25,321 bases of DNA from a bacterium. Its GTDB lineage: Bacteria; Krumholzibacteriota; Krumholzibacteriia; G020349025. The notes below the pieces were generated by a model. It ran no database searches. It had not been told where the DNA came from and was given only the letters and a program-made list of their open reading frames with translations. Positions 8,130 through 18,099 of the stretch are shown here, in pieces (within the stretch, counting starts at the first letter, position 1; each line of letters starts with the position of its first letter). The position numbers and the translations under genes are program-made. The stretch covers positions 1 to 25,321 of the forward strand of contig JANLSU010000129.1 of NCBI GenBank assembly GCA_031362565.1, in the 5' to 3' direction.

Positions 8130-9242
8130 ATGCGTCACGGCACGGCAGGCGTGCTGATCGCCGCCGCGCTTTGCCTCGTGCCGGCGTCGTTCCGGCCATT
8201 CGGCGTCACCGGCCGCGCCGCGCTTGCGGCTGAAAAGGCCGAGCGCGTTTCGAATCCCGTCGATCCCGAACACATCATCCCGCCGCCGTGCGCGTTGTGT
8301 GCCAAAGACGACCTCGGCGTTCCCATCCACGAGCTGTCCGTGGCGGAAGTCGACGCTGTCGGCAAGGCGTACTCCGACACCAACATCGTCCGCATCGCGT
8401 TGGTCGATTCGCTGCTCGAAGCCGGCACCTTCGGGCCGCCCCAGTCCGGCAAGGCGCGCCAGCAGGCGCACATGCTGGTGCGCATGCTGACGCTCAACGC
8501 CTACTCGTACATGATCCGCTTCGGCACCGATCAGAGCACGGTGTGGCAATCCAACGAGGCGTCGATGACGCCGGCCTTCGCGAGCTTCTCGGATCCGGGC
8601 ATCGTGCCGCTCGCACATCTGACGCAGGCGCGCATGGGTCTGGGCCATATGTGTGCCCGGTACGACTTGAGCCAGAAGATGCGGACCGAAACCATCGTCG
8701 GCGGCCGCCACTTGGCCGTGCGGATCGACGATGTCAACATCCAAGGGCACGCGGTGCGCGTTCTCATCATGGATTTGCCGACGAGTTTGCACGATGTCGT
8801 GGAGGTGTGGCTCACCGAGCACGTCTCCATGGATGTCAGCCACCCGTTCAGCGACGGCCCGCCGGCGCCGTACGAGTCGTACATCATCGGCAACATGCAA
8901 GGCCTGTTCGTGCACAAGGGCGGCATCCACCGGCCGGATGCATTCGTGTTCTGGGTCACGCCGCGGGCGACGCTCGGTCCGATGCTGCCGCAACTGCCGC
9001 TCGTCGGAGCGCGAATCTATGTGCCGCACCTGCGCTTCCGGTTGCCGAGCATCATTCCGGATTTCACCTTCGAGGACCTGCGCGAAGTCGATTTGCCGCA
9101 GCCGGTGCTGTCGCTGGACTACTTGAAGGAGAACCGCTACCCGGGCTGGTTGGAGCCGGCGTACATGCGCGGTTTCAAAGGCTGGGAGGGCGCCGGTCCC
9201 CTGCCGCCCGGGCTCCGCAAGCAATTCCCCGACCTCAAGTAG
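8130..9242 (+). CDS. hypothetical exported protein
   Basis: Strong G/C third-position bias; Sec-type signal peptide ending in AALAA; CALC motif near the N-terminus; no family recognised. The start could also be 8109 or 8118. Confidence 0.8.
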   Translation: MRHGTAGVLIAAALCLVPASFRPFGVTGRAALAAEKAERVSNPVDPEHIIPPPCALCAKDDLGVPIHELSVAEVDAVGKAYSDTNIVRIALVDSLLEAGTFGPPQSGKARQQAHMLVRMLTLNAYSYMIRFGTDQSTVWQSNEASMTPAFASFSDPGIVPLAHLTQARMGLGHMCARYDLSQKMRTETIVGGRHLAVRIDDVNIQGHAVRVLIMDLPTSLHDVVEVWLTEHVSMDVSHPFSDGPPAPYESYIIGNMQGLFVHKGGIHRPDAFVFWVTPRATLGPMLPQLPLVGARIYVPHLRFRLPSIIPDFTFEDLREVDLPQPVLSLDYLKENRYPGWLEPAYMRGFKGWEGAGPLPPGLRKQFPDLK

Positions 9243-9251
9243 TGCTGTTCC

Positions 9252-10106
9252 TCAGGCATGGCGTAGGCGCGGATCGAGTCGGTCGCGAATGCCGTCCGCC
9301 ACGGCTTGCAGCGCCAGTGTCGTCAGGCACAGCATGCCGCCCGGGAACAACGCCACCCACGGGGCGTCGAACACATGCTCCTGAGCGTCGCGCAGCATGA
9401 CGCCCCAGCTCGCGGTCGGCGGCCGTAGACCCATTCCCAGGAAACCGAGCGCCGCCTCGATGAGAATCGCTTGGGATGCCGCGAGTGCCGCAGCCACCAA
9501 GATCGGCGCCGCCGCGTTAGGCAGCACATGGCGGAGCAGAATGCGCCGGGTCGTGTAACCGAGCGCCCGGCCCGCTTCCACGAAAGCCCGGTCACGGAGC
9601 GACTGCGTCGCCGCCCGCACGAGCCGCGCCACCGGCATCCAGTTCGTCAACCCAATGACCAAACAGAGGGTCGCGAAACCCGCTCCCCAGTACGAGCCCA
9701 GCACGAGCAGCACGAAAAACATCGGCATCGAAAGCACGACGTCCGTCGAGTGCGAAACGAGTGCATCGACACGTCCACCGCGATAGCCCGCCACGAGCCC
9801 GAGACTGGTGCCGATCAAAAGCGAGACAAGCGTCGACAGCAACGCCACCGCCAGCGACACGCGCCCACCCAACAGCACACGCAACAACGTGTCGCGGCCC
9901 AGATCGTCGGTGCCGAACCAGTGTTGCCACGACGGGCCAAGGCGGCGTATCTCCAAGTGAACCGCGTCACGTCCGGCGCCGGCGAACAGCGGCGCGAACA
10001 CCGAGATCGCGACCAAAACGCCGAGCAAGCCCAGTCCCCAGACCAGCCCCGCCGGCGCCCGGCGCCCGGCAACGTGCGGTGGCCGTGACTCCACAGCCGG
10101 CATCAT
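9252..10106 (-). CDS. oppC: peptide/nickel ABC transporter permease (OppC/DppC)
   Basis: HWFGTDDLGRD, GGRVSL, EAA loop FVEAGRALG, RHVLPN, FLGMGL.PPTASWG; ATG overlaps the oppB stop. Confidence 0.93.
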   Translation of the reverse strand: MMPAVESRPPHVAGRRAPAGLVWGLGLLGVLVAISVFAPLFAGAGRDAVHLEIRRLGPSWQHWFGTDDLGRDTLLRVLLGGRVSLAVALLSTLVSLLIGTSLGLVAGYRGGRVDALVSHSTDVVLSMPMFFVLLVLGSYWGAGFATLCLVIGLTNWMPVARLVRAATQSLRDRAFVEAGRALGYTTRRILLRHVLPNAAAPILVAAALAASQAILIEAALGFLGMGLRPPTASWGVMLRDAQEHVFDAPWVALFPGGMLCLTTLALQAVADGIRDRLDPRLRHA

Positions 10107-11059
10107 TGCTTCCCTTGGAATCGAATGCGTGGATCGAGGCGCGCATTCGTGAGATCCGCGGCGAGATTTCCGCCCACCACCAGCACCGACGCCACCAGCA
10201 ACAGCCCCATCAAGCGCCAATAGTCGAAGCGCAGCGCGCCTTCGTAGAACAGCCGTCCGATGCCGGGCCACGCGAAGACGGTTTCGGTGATCGCGGCCCC
10301 GGTGAAGACGACCGGCACCTGCAATCCGAGCAGCGTGATGACCGGCACAAGGGCCGGCGGCAGCGCGTGGCGCAAGATGATCCGCGCTTCGCTCAGACCT
10401 CGGGCCCGCGCCGCGCGGACATGTTCATCGCCGAGCACGTCGAGGAGGCTGGCGCGCATCGTGCGGCTCCATTGTGGAATCTGCACGAAGGTCAGCACGA
10501 GGACCGGCAGGAGGAGGTGTAACAAATAATCGCCGGGCGAGAACTTCTCTCCGGGCGTTCCGCGCCCGCCGGTCGGCAGCCAACCGAGCCGGGCCGCAAA
10601 GACCGCGATCGCCACGACCCCGAGCCAAAAGACGGGCACCGACTGAGCGAGCACCGATGTGGCGCCAACGACGCGGTCGACGAGGCGGCCGCGGTGCAGC
10701 GCCGCAATCACCCCGAGCGCCACGCCGGCAACGAGCGACAGAACGAGAGACGTGCCGAGTAACTCGACCGTCGCCGGCAAACGGGCGCGAATCATCGTGT
10801 CGACGCGTTCGCCCGTCACCAGGCTGGTTCCCAAGTCACCGCGCAAGGTGCGCCCGAGCCATTTCAAGTACTGCACCGGCAGCGGATCGTCGAGCCCCAT
10901 CATCCGCCGCAGACGTTCGACGTCTTCCGGATGAACGTTGGGACCGATCCGGTCGAAGGGTCCGCCCGGCGCCAGATGCAAGAGCCCGAAACACAGGATC
11001 GAGATCACGAGGAGAAGCGGCACCGAGGCCGCGAGGCGCTGCAATGCGTACCGAGTCAT
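10103..11059 (-). CDS. oppB: peptide/nickel ABC transporter permease (OppB/DppB)
   Basis: GLDDPLPVQY..WL, GDLGTS, RLPATVEL, ARARGLSE, ITETVFAWPGIG. The start is ATG 11059 or GTG 11065. Confidence 0.94.
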   Translation of the reverse strand: MTRYALQRLAASVPLLLVISILCFGLLHLAPGGPFDRIGPNVHPEDVERLRRMMGLDDPLPVQYLKWLGRTLRGDLGTSLVTGERVDTMIRARLPATVELLGTSLVLSLVAGVALGVIAALHRGRLVDRVVGATSVLAQSVPVFWLGVVAIAVFAARLGWLPTGGRGTPGEKFSPGDYLLHLLLPVLVLTFVQIPQWSRTMRASLLDVLGDEHVRAARARGLSEARIILRHALPPALVPVITLLGLQVPVVFTGAAITETVFAWPGIGRLFYEGALRFDYWRLMGLLLVASVLVVGGNLAADLTNARLDPRIRFQGKQ

Positions 11060-11075
11060 CCGCACCGCACTTCAT

Positions 11076-12710
11076 TCATTGCGAGCGTTCGAGCCGCCAG
11101 GCAGGCACGTTCCACGTATCGGGCGCCGAGGTCGGACTGGGACGGAAACCGCGCAGTTCGGCTGGTACGACATCGTTCTCGGTCAACCACACGAGCGGCA
11201 AAGCCGGGACCTCGCGCGCCAGGATGCCTTCCACCTCACGATAGATGCGGTTGCGCAATACGGGCGCCGATTGGCGCTTCCCGAGCGCGGTCAGCGAATC
11301 GAGCCGCGCATCCCGGAAGCGTGCGAAGTTTTGACCGACCGGCGGCATCGAATGGCTGCCGTACACTTGATCCATGGGCGCAGGATCCGGTTCCTGCTGC
11401 CAGCCGAAGAGGGCAATCTGGAACTGGCCGTTGGTCAAAATCTCGAAGAACTCCGGCCCCGAGTAGTTATGGATCTGCAAGTCGATACCGGCGGCGCGCC
11501 ACGCCTGCTGCAGCACGACTTGGACGCGTTCACGCGCCGGCCGGCCGGCGATCGTCGAGATCTCGAGCCGGAGCGGCTTGCCACCGCGGTCGCGAATTCC
11601 GTCGCCATTCGTGTCGCGCCATCCCGCGCCTTCCAGCAACCGGGCAGCGCGCTTGACGTCGTACACGTTGGCGGTGTCGGCCGCCGGATCGTACCAGGGC
11701 ATGAGCGGCGAGGCGTCGGAAAGCGCCGGTGTCGCACATCCCTCGCCATACACCTGGGTCGCGAGCGCACCGCGGTCGGTCAGTGCGGCGAGCGCCTGGC
11801 GAACGCGCCCGTCGCGCAGCACCGGACCGCTGCAATTGAAGGTCAACTGGTCGAACGACAGAGACACGGTGCGTAGCACCCGCAAGCGCGGCTGCGACGC
11901 GAAGGCCGCCACTTGGGAGCATTCGGCGCCGTTCACCACATCGACATCGCCGGCTTGGGCTTGCAGCGCGAGGGCGCTCGCCTCGGGCACGATCTTGAAG
12001 ACGATTTCATCGAGCCCCGGAGCGCCCTTGTAGTAGGCCTCGTTGCGCACCAACGCGATGTGCGACCCCGGCACCCACTCCTTGAAGCGAAATGGACCCG
12101 AGCCGACCGGTGCCCGCTGGTAGGCGGCACTCCGGAAGCCGGCGCCGGTCAGTTTTTCGAGCACGTGTTTCGGCAGCACATCCTCTTCGTTGAATGCCGC
12201 ACTCACGAACGCCGCGTACGGTTCCTTGAGGCGGAAGACGACCGTGAAGGAGTCGGGCGCCTCCGCATGGTCGACTTCATCGAAGGGCGAGGGGTCGACC
12301 GCACCATTCGCGGTATCCACCATGGCTTGGTAGGTGAACAGGACATCAGCGCTGGTCAGCGGCACGCCGTCGTGCCAGCGCGCGTCGTGCCGCAAGTGGT
12401 AGGTATAGGTCAGGTCGTCCGGCGAAATACCGCCGTTGGTCTGCGATGGGATCACGGTCAACAGGTCGGGCACCAAATGCATGCTGTCGTCCCAGCAGAC
12501 GAAGCGGCTGTAGATGCAATGGTTCACCAGGCGCGACGACTTGGACTGCGCGAACATATCGTTCAGCATGTCGGGCTCGTCGGTGATGCCAACGACGAGA
12601 CGCGCCGGACGCGGCACGGGCTTGGAGCGTGAGCAGCCGCCGGCCAATGCCACGAGCACGAGCAGTGCAACCACCGTGCGCAAGGCGTGCTTGGCGGGTC
12701 CGTGGCGCAT
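11076..12710 (-). CDS. oppA: peptide ABC transporter substrate-binding lipoprotein (SBP family 5, OppA/AppA-like)
   Basis: ATG after GGGAGAGG; lipobox LAGGC; YTYHLRHDARWHDGVPLTSADVLFT, PVGSGPF, LLEGAGWRDTNGDGIR. Confidence 0.93.
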   Translation of the reverse strand: MRHGPAKHALRTVVALLVLVALAGGCSRSKPVPRPARLVVGITDEPDMLNDMFAQSKSSRLVNHCIYSRFVCWDDSMHLVPDLLTVIPSQTNGGISPDDLTYTYHLRHDARWHDGVPLTSADVLFTYQAMVDTANGAVDPSPFDEVDHAEAPDSFTVVFRLKEPYAAFVSAAFNEEDVLPKHVLEKLTGAGFRSAAYQRAPVGSGPFRFKEWVPGSHIALVRNEAYYKGAPGLDEIVFKIVPEASALALQAQAGDVDVVNGAECSQVAAFASQPRLRVLRTVSLSFDQLTFNCSGPVLRDGRVRQALAALTDRGALATQVYGEGCATPALSDASPLMPWYDPAADTANVYDVKRAARLLEGAGWRDTNGDGIRDRGGKPLRLEISTIAGRPARERVQVVLQQAWRAAGIDLQIHNYSGPEFFEILTNGQFQIALFGWQQEPDPAPMDQVYGSHSMPPVGQNFARFRDARLDSLTALGKRQSAPVLRNRIYREVEGILAREVPALPLVWLTENDVVPAELRGFRPSPTSAPDTWNVPAWRLERSQ

Positions 12711-12927
12711 GAAGACCTCTCCCGCAGTTCTCCGGTGGTGCCGATGCGAGCGCCGCCCACAATAGGCACCGGCGGCAAGCGGCTCAAGATCATTCCGGGG
12801 CCCAGGGCGAATGCCTGCTTGGAGGACTGCCGGTTGCCCGCACGCCGGGGCTCGGATACCCTTCAGGCTTCGGCGTCCGATCCTGCGGACGCCATTCGTC
12901 CTGATTCTTGCTTGAAGGAGTTTCGCG

Positions 12928-14457
12928 ATGGACGCCCCCGCACGCCAGGCGCTGCTCGCACGTCTCGGCATCGAGGCAACGAATCCAGGCGCCTGCACCG
13001 GCGAGTGGATCCAGACCCACGGCGAGAGCATCGTTTCGCTCTGTCCCGCCGACGAAACGCCGATCGCCGCGGTACGCGCCGCGAGCGCGGCCGACTACGA
13101 AACGGTCGTGGCGGCAGCCCAGCGCGCCTTCCTCGACTGGCGCCTCGTGCCGGCGCCGCGCCGCGGTGAAATCGTCCGCCAGCTCGGCTCTCTCTTCCGT
13201 GAACACAAGAGCGATCTCGGCGCGCTGGTCGCATACGAGATGGGCAAGATTCAGAGCGAAGGCGAAGGCGAGATTCAGGAGATGATCGATATCGTCGACT
13301 TCGCTGTCGGCCTGTCGCGCCAGCTCTACGGCAACTCGATGCATAGCGAACGGCCCATGCACCGGATGTACGAGCAATGGCACCCGCTCGGCATCTGCGG
13401 CATCATCACGGCATTCAACTTTCCCGGTGCCGTTTGGGCCTGGAACGCCGCGCTCGCGGCTGTTTGCGGCGACACGATGATCTGGAAGCCGTCGCCGCTC
13501 ACACCCTTGACCGCGGTCGCTATCCAGCATCTCTGCAATCGCGTCATGCGCGACAACGGCATCACCGGGGTGTTCAATCTCATCATCGGCGACAACGAAA
13601 CCGTCGGGGAGCGCCTGACGGCGGACCGCCGTATTCCGCTCATTTCGGCGACCGGCAGTTGCCGGATGGGACGCCGGGTCGGCGAGGTGGTCGCGAAGCG
13701 CTTCGGCCGCGCCCTCCTCGAACTGGGCGGCAACAACGGCATCATCATTCTCGCCGATGCGGACCTGGATCTGGCACTCCGCGCCGTGGCGTTTGGGGCG
13801 GTCGGCACGGCCGGCCAGCGTTGCACCAGCACGCGCCGCGTCTTCATCGAGCGCCCGATCGCCGCGCAGTTCACCGAGCAGCTCGTCCGGGCCTATGGTT
13901 CGGTGCGCATCGGCGACCCACTCGACTCCGAAACGCTGATGGGGCCGCTCATCAGCGCCACGGCCGTCGCCGGCTATCTGGCGGCGCTCGAGCAAGTGCG
14001 GGCCGCAGGCGGCGAAATTCTCTGCGGCGGCAAGCGGCTCGACCGCAAGGGCTACTTCGTCGAGCCAACGATCGTCCGTGCGCCGCTCGACCTGCCGGTG
14101 GCGCGTGAAGAGACCTTCGCGCCGATCGTCTACTTGTTCACGATCGATTCGCTCGACGACGCCCTCGTGGCGCACAACGGCGTCGACCAAGGCCTGTCCT
14201 CGGCGATTTTCACGTCCGATCTGCGGGCCGCCGAGACGTTCCTGTCGGCGCGCGGCAGTGACTGCGGCATTGCCAACGTCAACATCGGCACGAGCGGCGC
14301 TGAAATCGGCGGTGCCTTCGGCGGCGAGAAGGATACGGGCGGCGGCCGCGAGTCGGGCTCCGACTCGTGGAAGCAGTACATGCGGCGCCAGACGAATACG
14401 ATCAACTGGAGCCGCGAGCTGCCGCTGGCGCAAGGCGTGAAGTTCGACGTGAGCTGA
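12928..14457 (+). CDS. aldehyde dehydrogenase, ALDH7/antiquitin (alpha-aminoadipic semialdehyde / piperideine-6-carboxylate dehydrogenase) family
   Basis: AAGGAG RBS; PAPRRGEIVRQ, ITAFNFP, SATGS, LELGGNN (catalytic Glu), GTAGQRCT (catalytic Cys), SGAEIGGAFGGEK.TGGGRESGSD. Confidence 0.93.
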   Translation: MDAPARQALLARLGIEATNPGACTGEWIQTHGESIVSLCPADETPIAAVRAASAADYETVVAAAQRAFLDWRLVPAPRRGEIVRQLGSLFREHKSDLGALVAYEMGKIQSEGEGEIQEMIDIVDFAVGLSRQLYGNSMHSERPMHRMYEQWHPLGICGIITAFNFPGAVWAWNAALAAVCGDTMIWKPSPLTPLTAVAIQHLCNRVMRDNGITGVFNLIIGDNETVGERLTADRRIPLISATGSCRMGRRVGEVVAKRFGRALLELGGNNGIIILADADLDLALRAVAFGAVGTAGQRCTSTRRVFIERPIAAQFTEQLVRAYGSVRIGDPLDSETLMGPLISATAVAGYLAALEQVRAAGGEILCGGKRLDRKGYFVEPTIVRAPLDLPVAREETFAPIVYLFTIDSLDDALVAHNGVDQGLSSAIFTSDLRAAETFLSARGSDCGIANVNIGTSGAEIGGAFGGEKDTGGGRESGSDSWKQYMRRQTNTINWSRELPLAQGVKFDVS

Positions 14458-14469
14458 CGCCGCGGCGCG

Positions 14470-14478
14470 TGTTATAAG
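14470..14478 (+). promoter_or_regulatory. possible extended -10 promoter for the transporter gene
   Basis: TG-T-TATAAG, an AT-rich element in a GC-rich spacer about 65 nt upstream of the transporter start. Confidence 0.35.
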
Positions 14479-14541
14479 TCGCGGTGCCAGCCTGGTGTAC
14501 CACGCGGGTGTGGGCCTTGGGGATTCTTGCGGGGAGGGGTC

Positions 14542-15825
14542 GTGGTCACCGCCATTCTGATTTTTGCCGTGACTTACCTCGCCATCGCCGGACAGCGGCT
14601 GCGCATTCTGCCGGTCGGGCGCCCGGCCGCGGGATTGTTCGGAGCCGTCGCGTGCGTCGTCGCCGGCGTGCTGACGCCCACGCAAGCCTACGCTTCGATC
14701 GACGGCGACACGATCATTCTGCTTTTGGCCATGATGATCCTGGCCGCGCACCTCGACCACGCCGGGTTCTTCGAATGGGGTGCGGCCCAGGCCTTGCGGC
14801 GGGCGCGCACGCCGCAGCGCCTGCTCACCTGGGTCGTGTTCGGCGCCGGGATCGCCTCGGCCTTCTTGGTCAACGACTCGGTGTGCCTGATGATGACGCC
14901 GCTCGTCGTGCGTCTCATTCGCCGCGGCCGGTTGGGGCCGATGCTCTTCCTCATGGCGACGGCAACCAGCGCCAACATCGGCAGCGTCATGACACTGGTC
15001 GGCAACCCGCAGAACATGATCGTCGGATCCATGTCGCATCTGTCGTTCAGCCGGTTCTTCTTCGTCTTGGCTCCGGTCGGATTGGTGAGCCTGCTCATCA
15101 ACCGGCTGCTTCTGACCCGCTTCTACCCGTTGCGCCCACGCGCCACCGCCGCCAACCTGCGCCAGTCGGAACTCCTCGAGACGCCGTTCGACGACGCCGA
15201 CGAGTTGCCGGCGGATTTTCGCCATACGATGATGCCGGCGGTGCGGCGCAGTTTGCTCGTCAAGTGCCTGGGGTGTATCGCGTTGGCGGTCGTCGGCTTC
15301 TTCGCCGGCTTCAACGTCGCCTGGACGGCGCTCTTCGCAGCGACGCTGTTGCTGTTGATCGCCGGCTGGGAACCGCGCCAGGCGTTCCGCCAAATCGACT
15401 GGCCGCTCTTGCTCTTCTTCTCGGGGCTGTTCATCGTCGTCGGTGGACTGCGCCAAGCCGGTGTCGTCGAGCGGCTGTTCGCACTCGTGTCCCCCAGCCT
15501 GGGCGTCGAATTCGTGCGCCAGTCATGGCTTTTCTCGGCATTGACCGTCGTCGGCAGCAACCTCTTCAGCAACGTGCCGTTCGTGCTCGTGGCCGGGGAC
15601 TGGGTGCGGGCCCTCGACCGGCCGGAAGTCGGCTGGCTCCTGCTCGGCATGGCGAGCACGTTCGCGGGCAATCTGACGCTCATCGGTTCGGTGGCCAACG
15701 TCCTCGTTGTCGAGGGCGGGCGCGATGTGGCGCGCATCGGCTTCCGTGACTACCTGCGCTACGGCCTCTTCATCACGTTGATCACGACGGCGCTCGGCAC
15801 GGCTTGGATTCTTCTCGTCACATGA
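14542..15825 (+). CDS. ArsB/NhaD/CitM superfamily anion transporter (YbiR/Lsi2-like)
   Basis: About 11-12 hydrophobic segments; SAFLVND, ANIGSVMTLVGNPQN, IDWPLLLFF, SNLFSNVP, STFAGNLTLIGSVAN; GTG after GGGAGG. Confidence 0.9.
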   Translation: MVTAILIFAVTYLAIAGQRLRILPVGRPAAGLFGAVACVVAGVLTPTQAYASIDGDTIILLLAMMILAAHLDHAGFFEWGAAQALRRARTPQRLLTWVVFGAGIASAFLVNDSVCLMMTPLVVRLIRRGRLGPMLFLMATATSANIGSVMTLVGNPQNMIVGSMSHLSFSRFFFVLAPVGLVSLLINRLLLTRFYPLRPRATAANLRQSELLETPFDDADELPADFRHTMMPAVRRSLLVKCLGCIALAVVGFFAGFNVAWTALFAATLLLLIAGWEPRQAFRQIDWPLLLFFSGLFIVVGGLRQAGVVERLFALVSPSLGVEFVRQSWLFSALTVVGSNLFSNVPFVLVAGDWVRALDRPEVGWLLLGMASTFAGNLTLIGSVANVLVVEGGRDVARIGFRDYLRYGLFITLITTALGTAWILLVT

Positions 15826-15859
15826 TGGGCCGGCGGGGAGCCGGAAGGCGGGCCTGGCG

Positions 15860-16267
15860 TCACACTGCGCCGCCATTGCGGGACGCGAGCGGCGACGCGT
15901 GGTGCACGATCAGTTGCCAGCGGCCTTGGCGCTTCTCATAGACATTGGTCGCCAGTGCCTTGACGCTCGACGAGCCGTCGAGGGTGAACTGCGTGATGTT
16001 CTCGTTGCAGGTCACGATCGCCATCAGGCCATGCACCGTGACTTCTTCGTCCTCGGGTTCGACCGTCATACAGATGGCGCCTCGGAACACGTCGCGCCAG
16101 CTGTCGCGAATCGAATCCCAGCCACGCAAAAGCGACGCGCCGGGATGCACGCAGCGCACGTGTGTCGCGTGCGACCAGATCGCTTCCATCTCGAGAAGAT
16201 TCTGCGCCGACAAGGCGCGATAGAATCGCACGTTGAGAGCCTGCACGCTCTCGGCGTCGGCCTGCAT
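15860..16267 (-). CDS. NTF2/SnoaL-like domain protein
   Basis: N.RFYRAL...MEAIW, CVHPG..LLRGW..IRDSW, ATNVYE....WQLIVHHAS pattern. Confidence 0.85.
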   Translation of the reverse strand: MQADAESVQALNVRFYRALSAQNLLEMEAIWSHATHVRCVHPGASLLRGWDSIRDSWRDVFRGAICMTVEPEDEEVTVHGLMAIVTCNENITQFTLDGSSSVKALATNVYEKRQGRWQLIVHHASPLASRNGGAV

Positions 16268-16353
16268 GCACCACGCTCCGGGAATCAGTGTAAGGCGATT
16301 CTGCCAGACCGGGGCGCGAGACCGCAAGCCTGCCATGCGCCCTCGAAACGGTC

Positions 16354-17748
16354 CTAGTGCAGGCCGGGGTCGGTCATCGCCCGGGCATCGAGCGCCTTGG
16401 CCAGTTCCGCCTCCGGCAACACCTTCCACTCGCGCGCCAAGTCGCGCACCGTGCGCCCGGTGCGCACCGCCTCCAACGCCAGCTGGGCCGCCTTCTCGTG
16501 CCCAATGCGTGGCGTGAGCGCGGTCACCAGCATGGTGTTGCGTTCGACCGTCTCCTGGCAACGCGCTTCGTCCGCCTCCAGGCCGCGCACACAGCTACGG
16601 TCGAAGTTGCGCGCCGCATTGCCCAAGAAGACGATGGATTCGAGCAGATTGCGAGCCAGGAGCGGCAAGAACGTGTTGAGCTCGAAATTCCCCGAGAGAC
16701 CCCCGAGGGCGATCGCCGCATCGTTGCCGACGACCTGGCACGCCACCATCATGAGAGATTCGCACATGACGGGATTCACTTTGCCGGGCATGATCGATGA
16801 ACCGGGCTGCACCGCCGGCAGCCGAATCTCGCCGAGGCCATTGCGCGGGCCGCTGCCCAGCCAGCGCACATCGTTGGCGATCTTGAACAGTGCAACCGCC
16901 GCCGTCTTCACCGCACCCGACGCGGCGACGCACTTGTCCATGCTGCCCTGCGCTTCGAAGTGATTCACCGCTTCGCGGAACCCGAGGCCGGTGCGCGCTG
17001 CGATGCGCTCGATGGTGCGGCGTGGAAATTCCGGGTGGGCGTTCAGCCCGGTGCCGACGGCGGTGCCGCCAAGCGCCAATTCCAGCAATTCGTCGCGCGC
17101 CGCTTCGGCACGCACCACACTCAGTTCCACCTGGCGCGCGTAGCCCGAGAATTCCTGGCCGAGGCGAATCGGCGCCGCGTCCTGCAGATGGGTGCGGCCG
17201 CTCTTCAGGATGGGATCGAATTCCCGCGCCTTGGCGGCGAGCGACGCGTGCAACGCACGAAGCGCCGGGATCAGGTCCTCGTGCAACGCACCCGCGGCGG
17301 CCACATGCACCGCGGTTGGAATGGTGTCGTTCGAGGACTGGCCAAAGTTGGCGTGGTCGTGCGCGTCGACGTAGTGCGACAAGGGCTCCTTGCCGAGGAT
17401 CTCGGTTGCCCGGTGCGCGAGAACTTCGTTCGAATTCATGTTCGTCGACGTTCCAGACCCCGTCTGGAAGATATCGACCGGAAACTGATCGTCGAGCACA
17501 CCCGCCGCCATCTCGTCCGCTGCCCGCACCAGTGCCGCGCCGCGTTCGCGGTCCAGCACTCCGAGTTCCATGTTGGTCTCGGCAGCCGCGGCCTTGATCA
17601 CCGCCAATGCTTGCAGGAAACGACGCGGCATCCTGAGGCCGCTCACCGGGAAATTGTCGACAGCGCGCTGCGTCTCGGCGGCCCACCGGGCGCTGGCGGG
17701 TACCCGCACCTCGCCCAGCGCATCATGTTCGATGCGATCCTGTGTCAT
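16354..17748 (-). CDS. fumC: class II fumarate hydratase
   Basis: AGGAGG RBS; FQTGSGTSTNMN, QSSND, GRTHLQDA, signature GSSIMPGKVNP. Confidence 0.93.
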   Translation of the reverse strand: MTQDRIEHDALGEVRVPASARWAAETQRAVDNFPVSGLRMPRRFLQALAVIKAAAAETNMELGVLDRERGAALVRAADEMAAGVLDDQFPVDIFQTGSGTSTNMNSNEVLAHRATEILGKEPLSHYVDAHDHANFGQSSNDTIPTAVHVAAAGALHEDLIPALRALHASLAAKAREFDPILKSGRTHLQDAAPIRLGQEFSGYARQVELSVVRAEAARDELLELALGGTAVGTGLNAHPEFPRRTIERIAARTGLGFREAVNHFEAQGSMDKCVAASGAVKTAAVALFKIANDVRWLGSGPRNGLGEIRLPAVQPGSSIMPGKVNPVMCESLMMVACQVVGNDAAIALGGLSGNFELNTFLPLLARNLLESIVFLGNAARNFDRSCVRGLEADEARCQETVERNTMLVTALTPRIGHEKAAQLALEAVRTGRTVRDLAREWKVLPEAELAKALDARAMTDPGLH

Positions 17749-18025
17749 GCGGTCCCTCCTGTGTGTCCGCCGAGCCGCATTTCCAAAGCCCGCCGGCGGC
17801 GCAGTCTAACGCATCGGCACGTGCGGCGTCCCAAGCACGCGCACCGCGGCGCGCCGGGCATTGCACATCGAAATTCACGCGCCGCATTTCAGCACTCGAA
17901 ACCAGACCGCGGCCGTTGGCGGCGTTCGCGCCTCCGGCGACGCGCGCGGTGCGCTGCCGCAAGGTGCCGCGTGCCGGCGCGGTGCGAGCCCCATTTGCAT
18001 CTGCCGGCCGGCGATCACGGCCGCG

Positions 18026-18041
18026 CGGCACGCGCCATGCT
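18026..18041 (+). promoter_or_regulatory. candidate sigma-54 (-24/-12) promoter
   Basis: CGGCACGCGCCATGCT versus consensus TGGCACG-N4-TTGCW, with exact GG-N10-GC spacing, about 60 nt upstream of ATG 18100 in a 350-nt intergenic region. Confidence 0.45.
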
Positions 18042-18099
18042 TTGCGCCAACCTGCGGGCACATCGCGGCTGGGGTGCGGCGGAGTTGTGGGAGGGTGCG

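Noticed and set aside
12790..15456. 888-aa minus-strand ORF
   Set aside because: Antisense shadow of the ALDH and transporter genes; long stop-free antisense frames are expected at this GC content, and it has no motifs.
16960..18099. N-terminal 380 aa of the 745-aa ORF, suggesting a large fusion protein
   Set aside because: It overlaps fumC antisense and the intergenic region; the real start is ATG 18100, which has an RBS and a lipoprotein signal.
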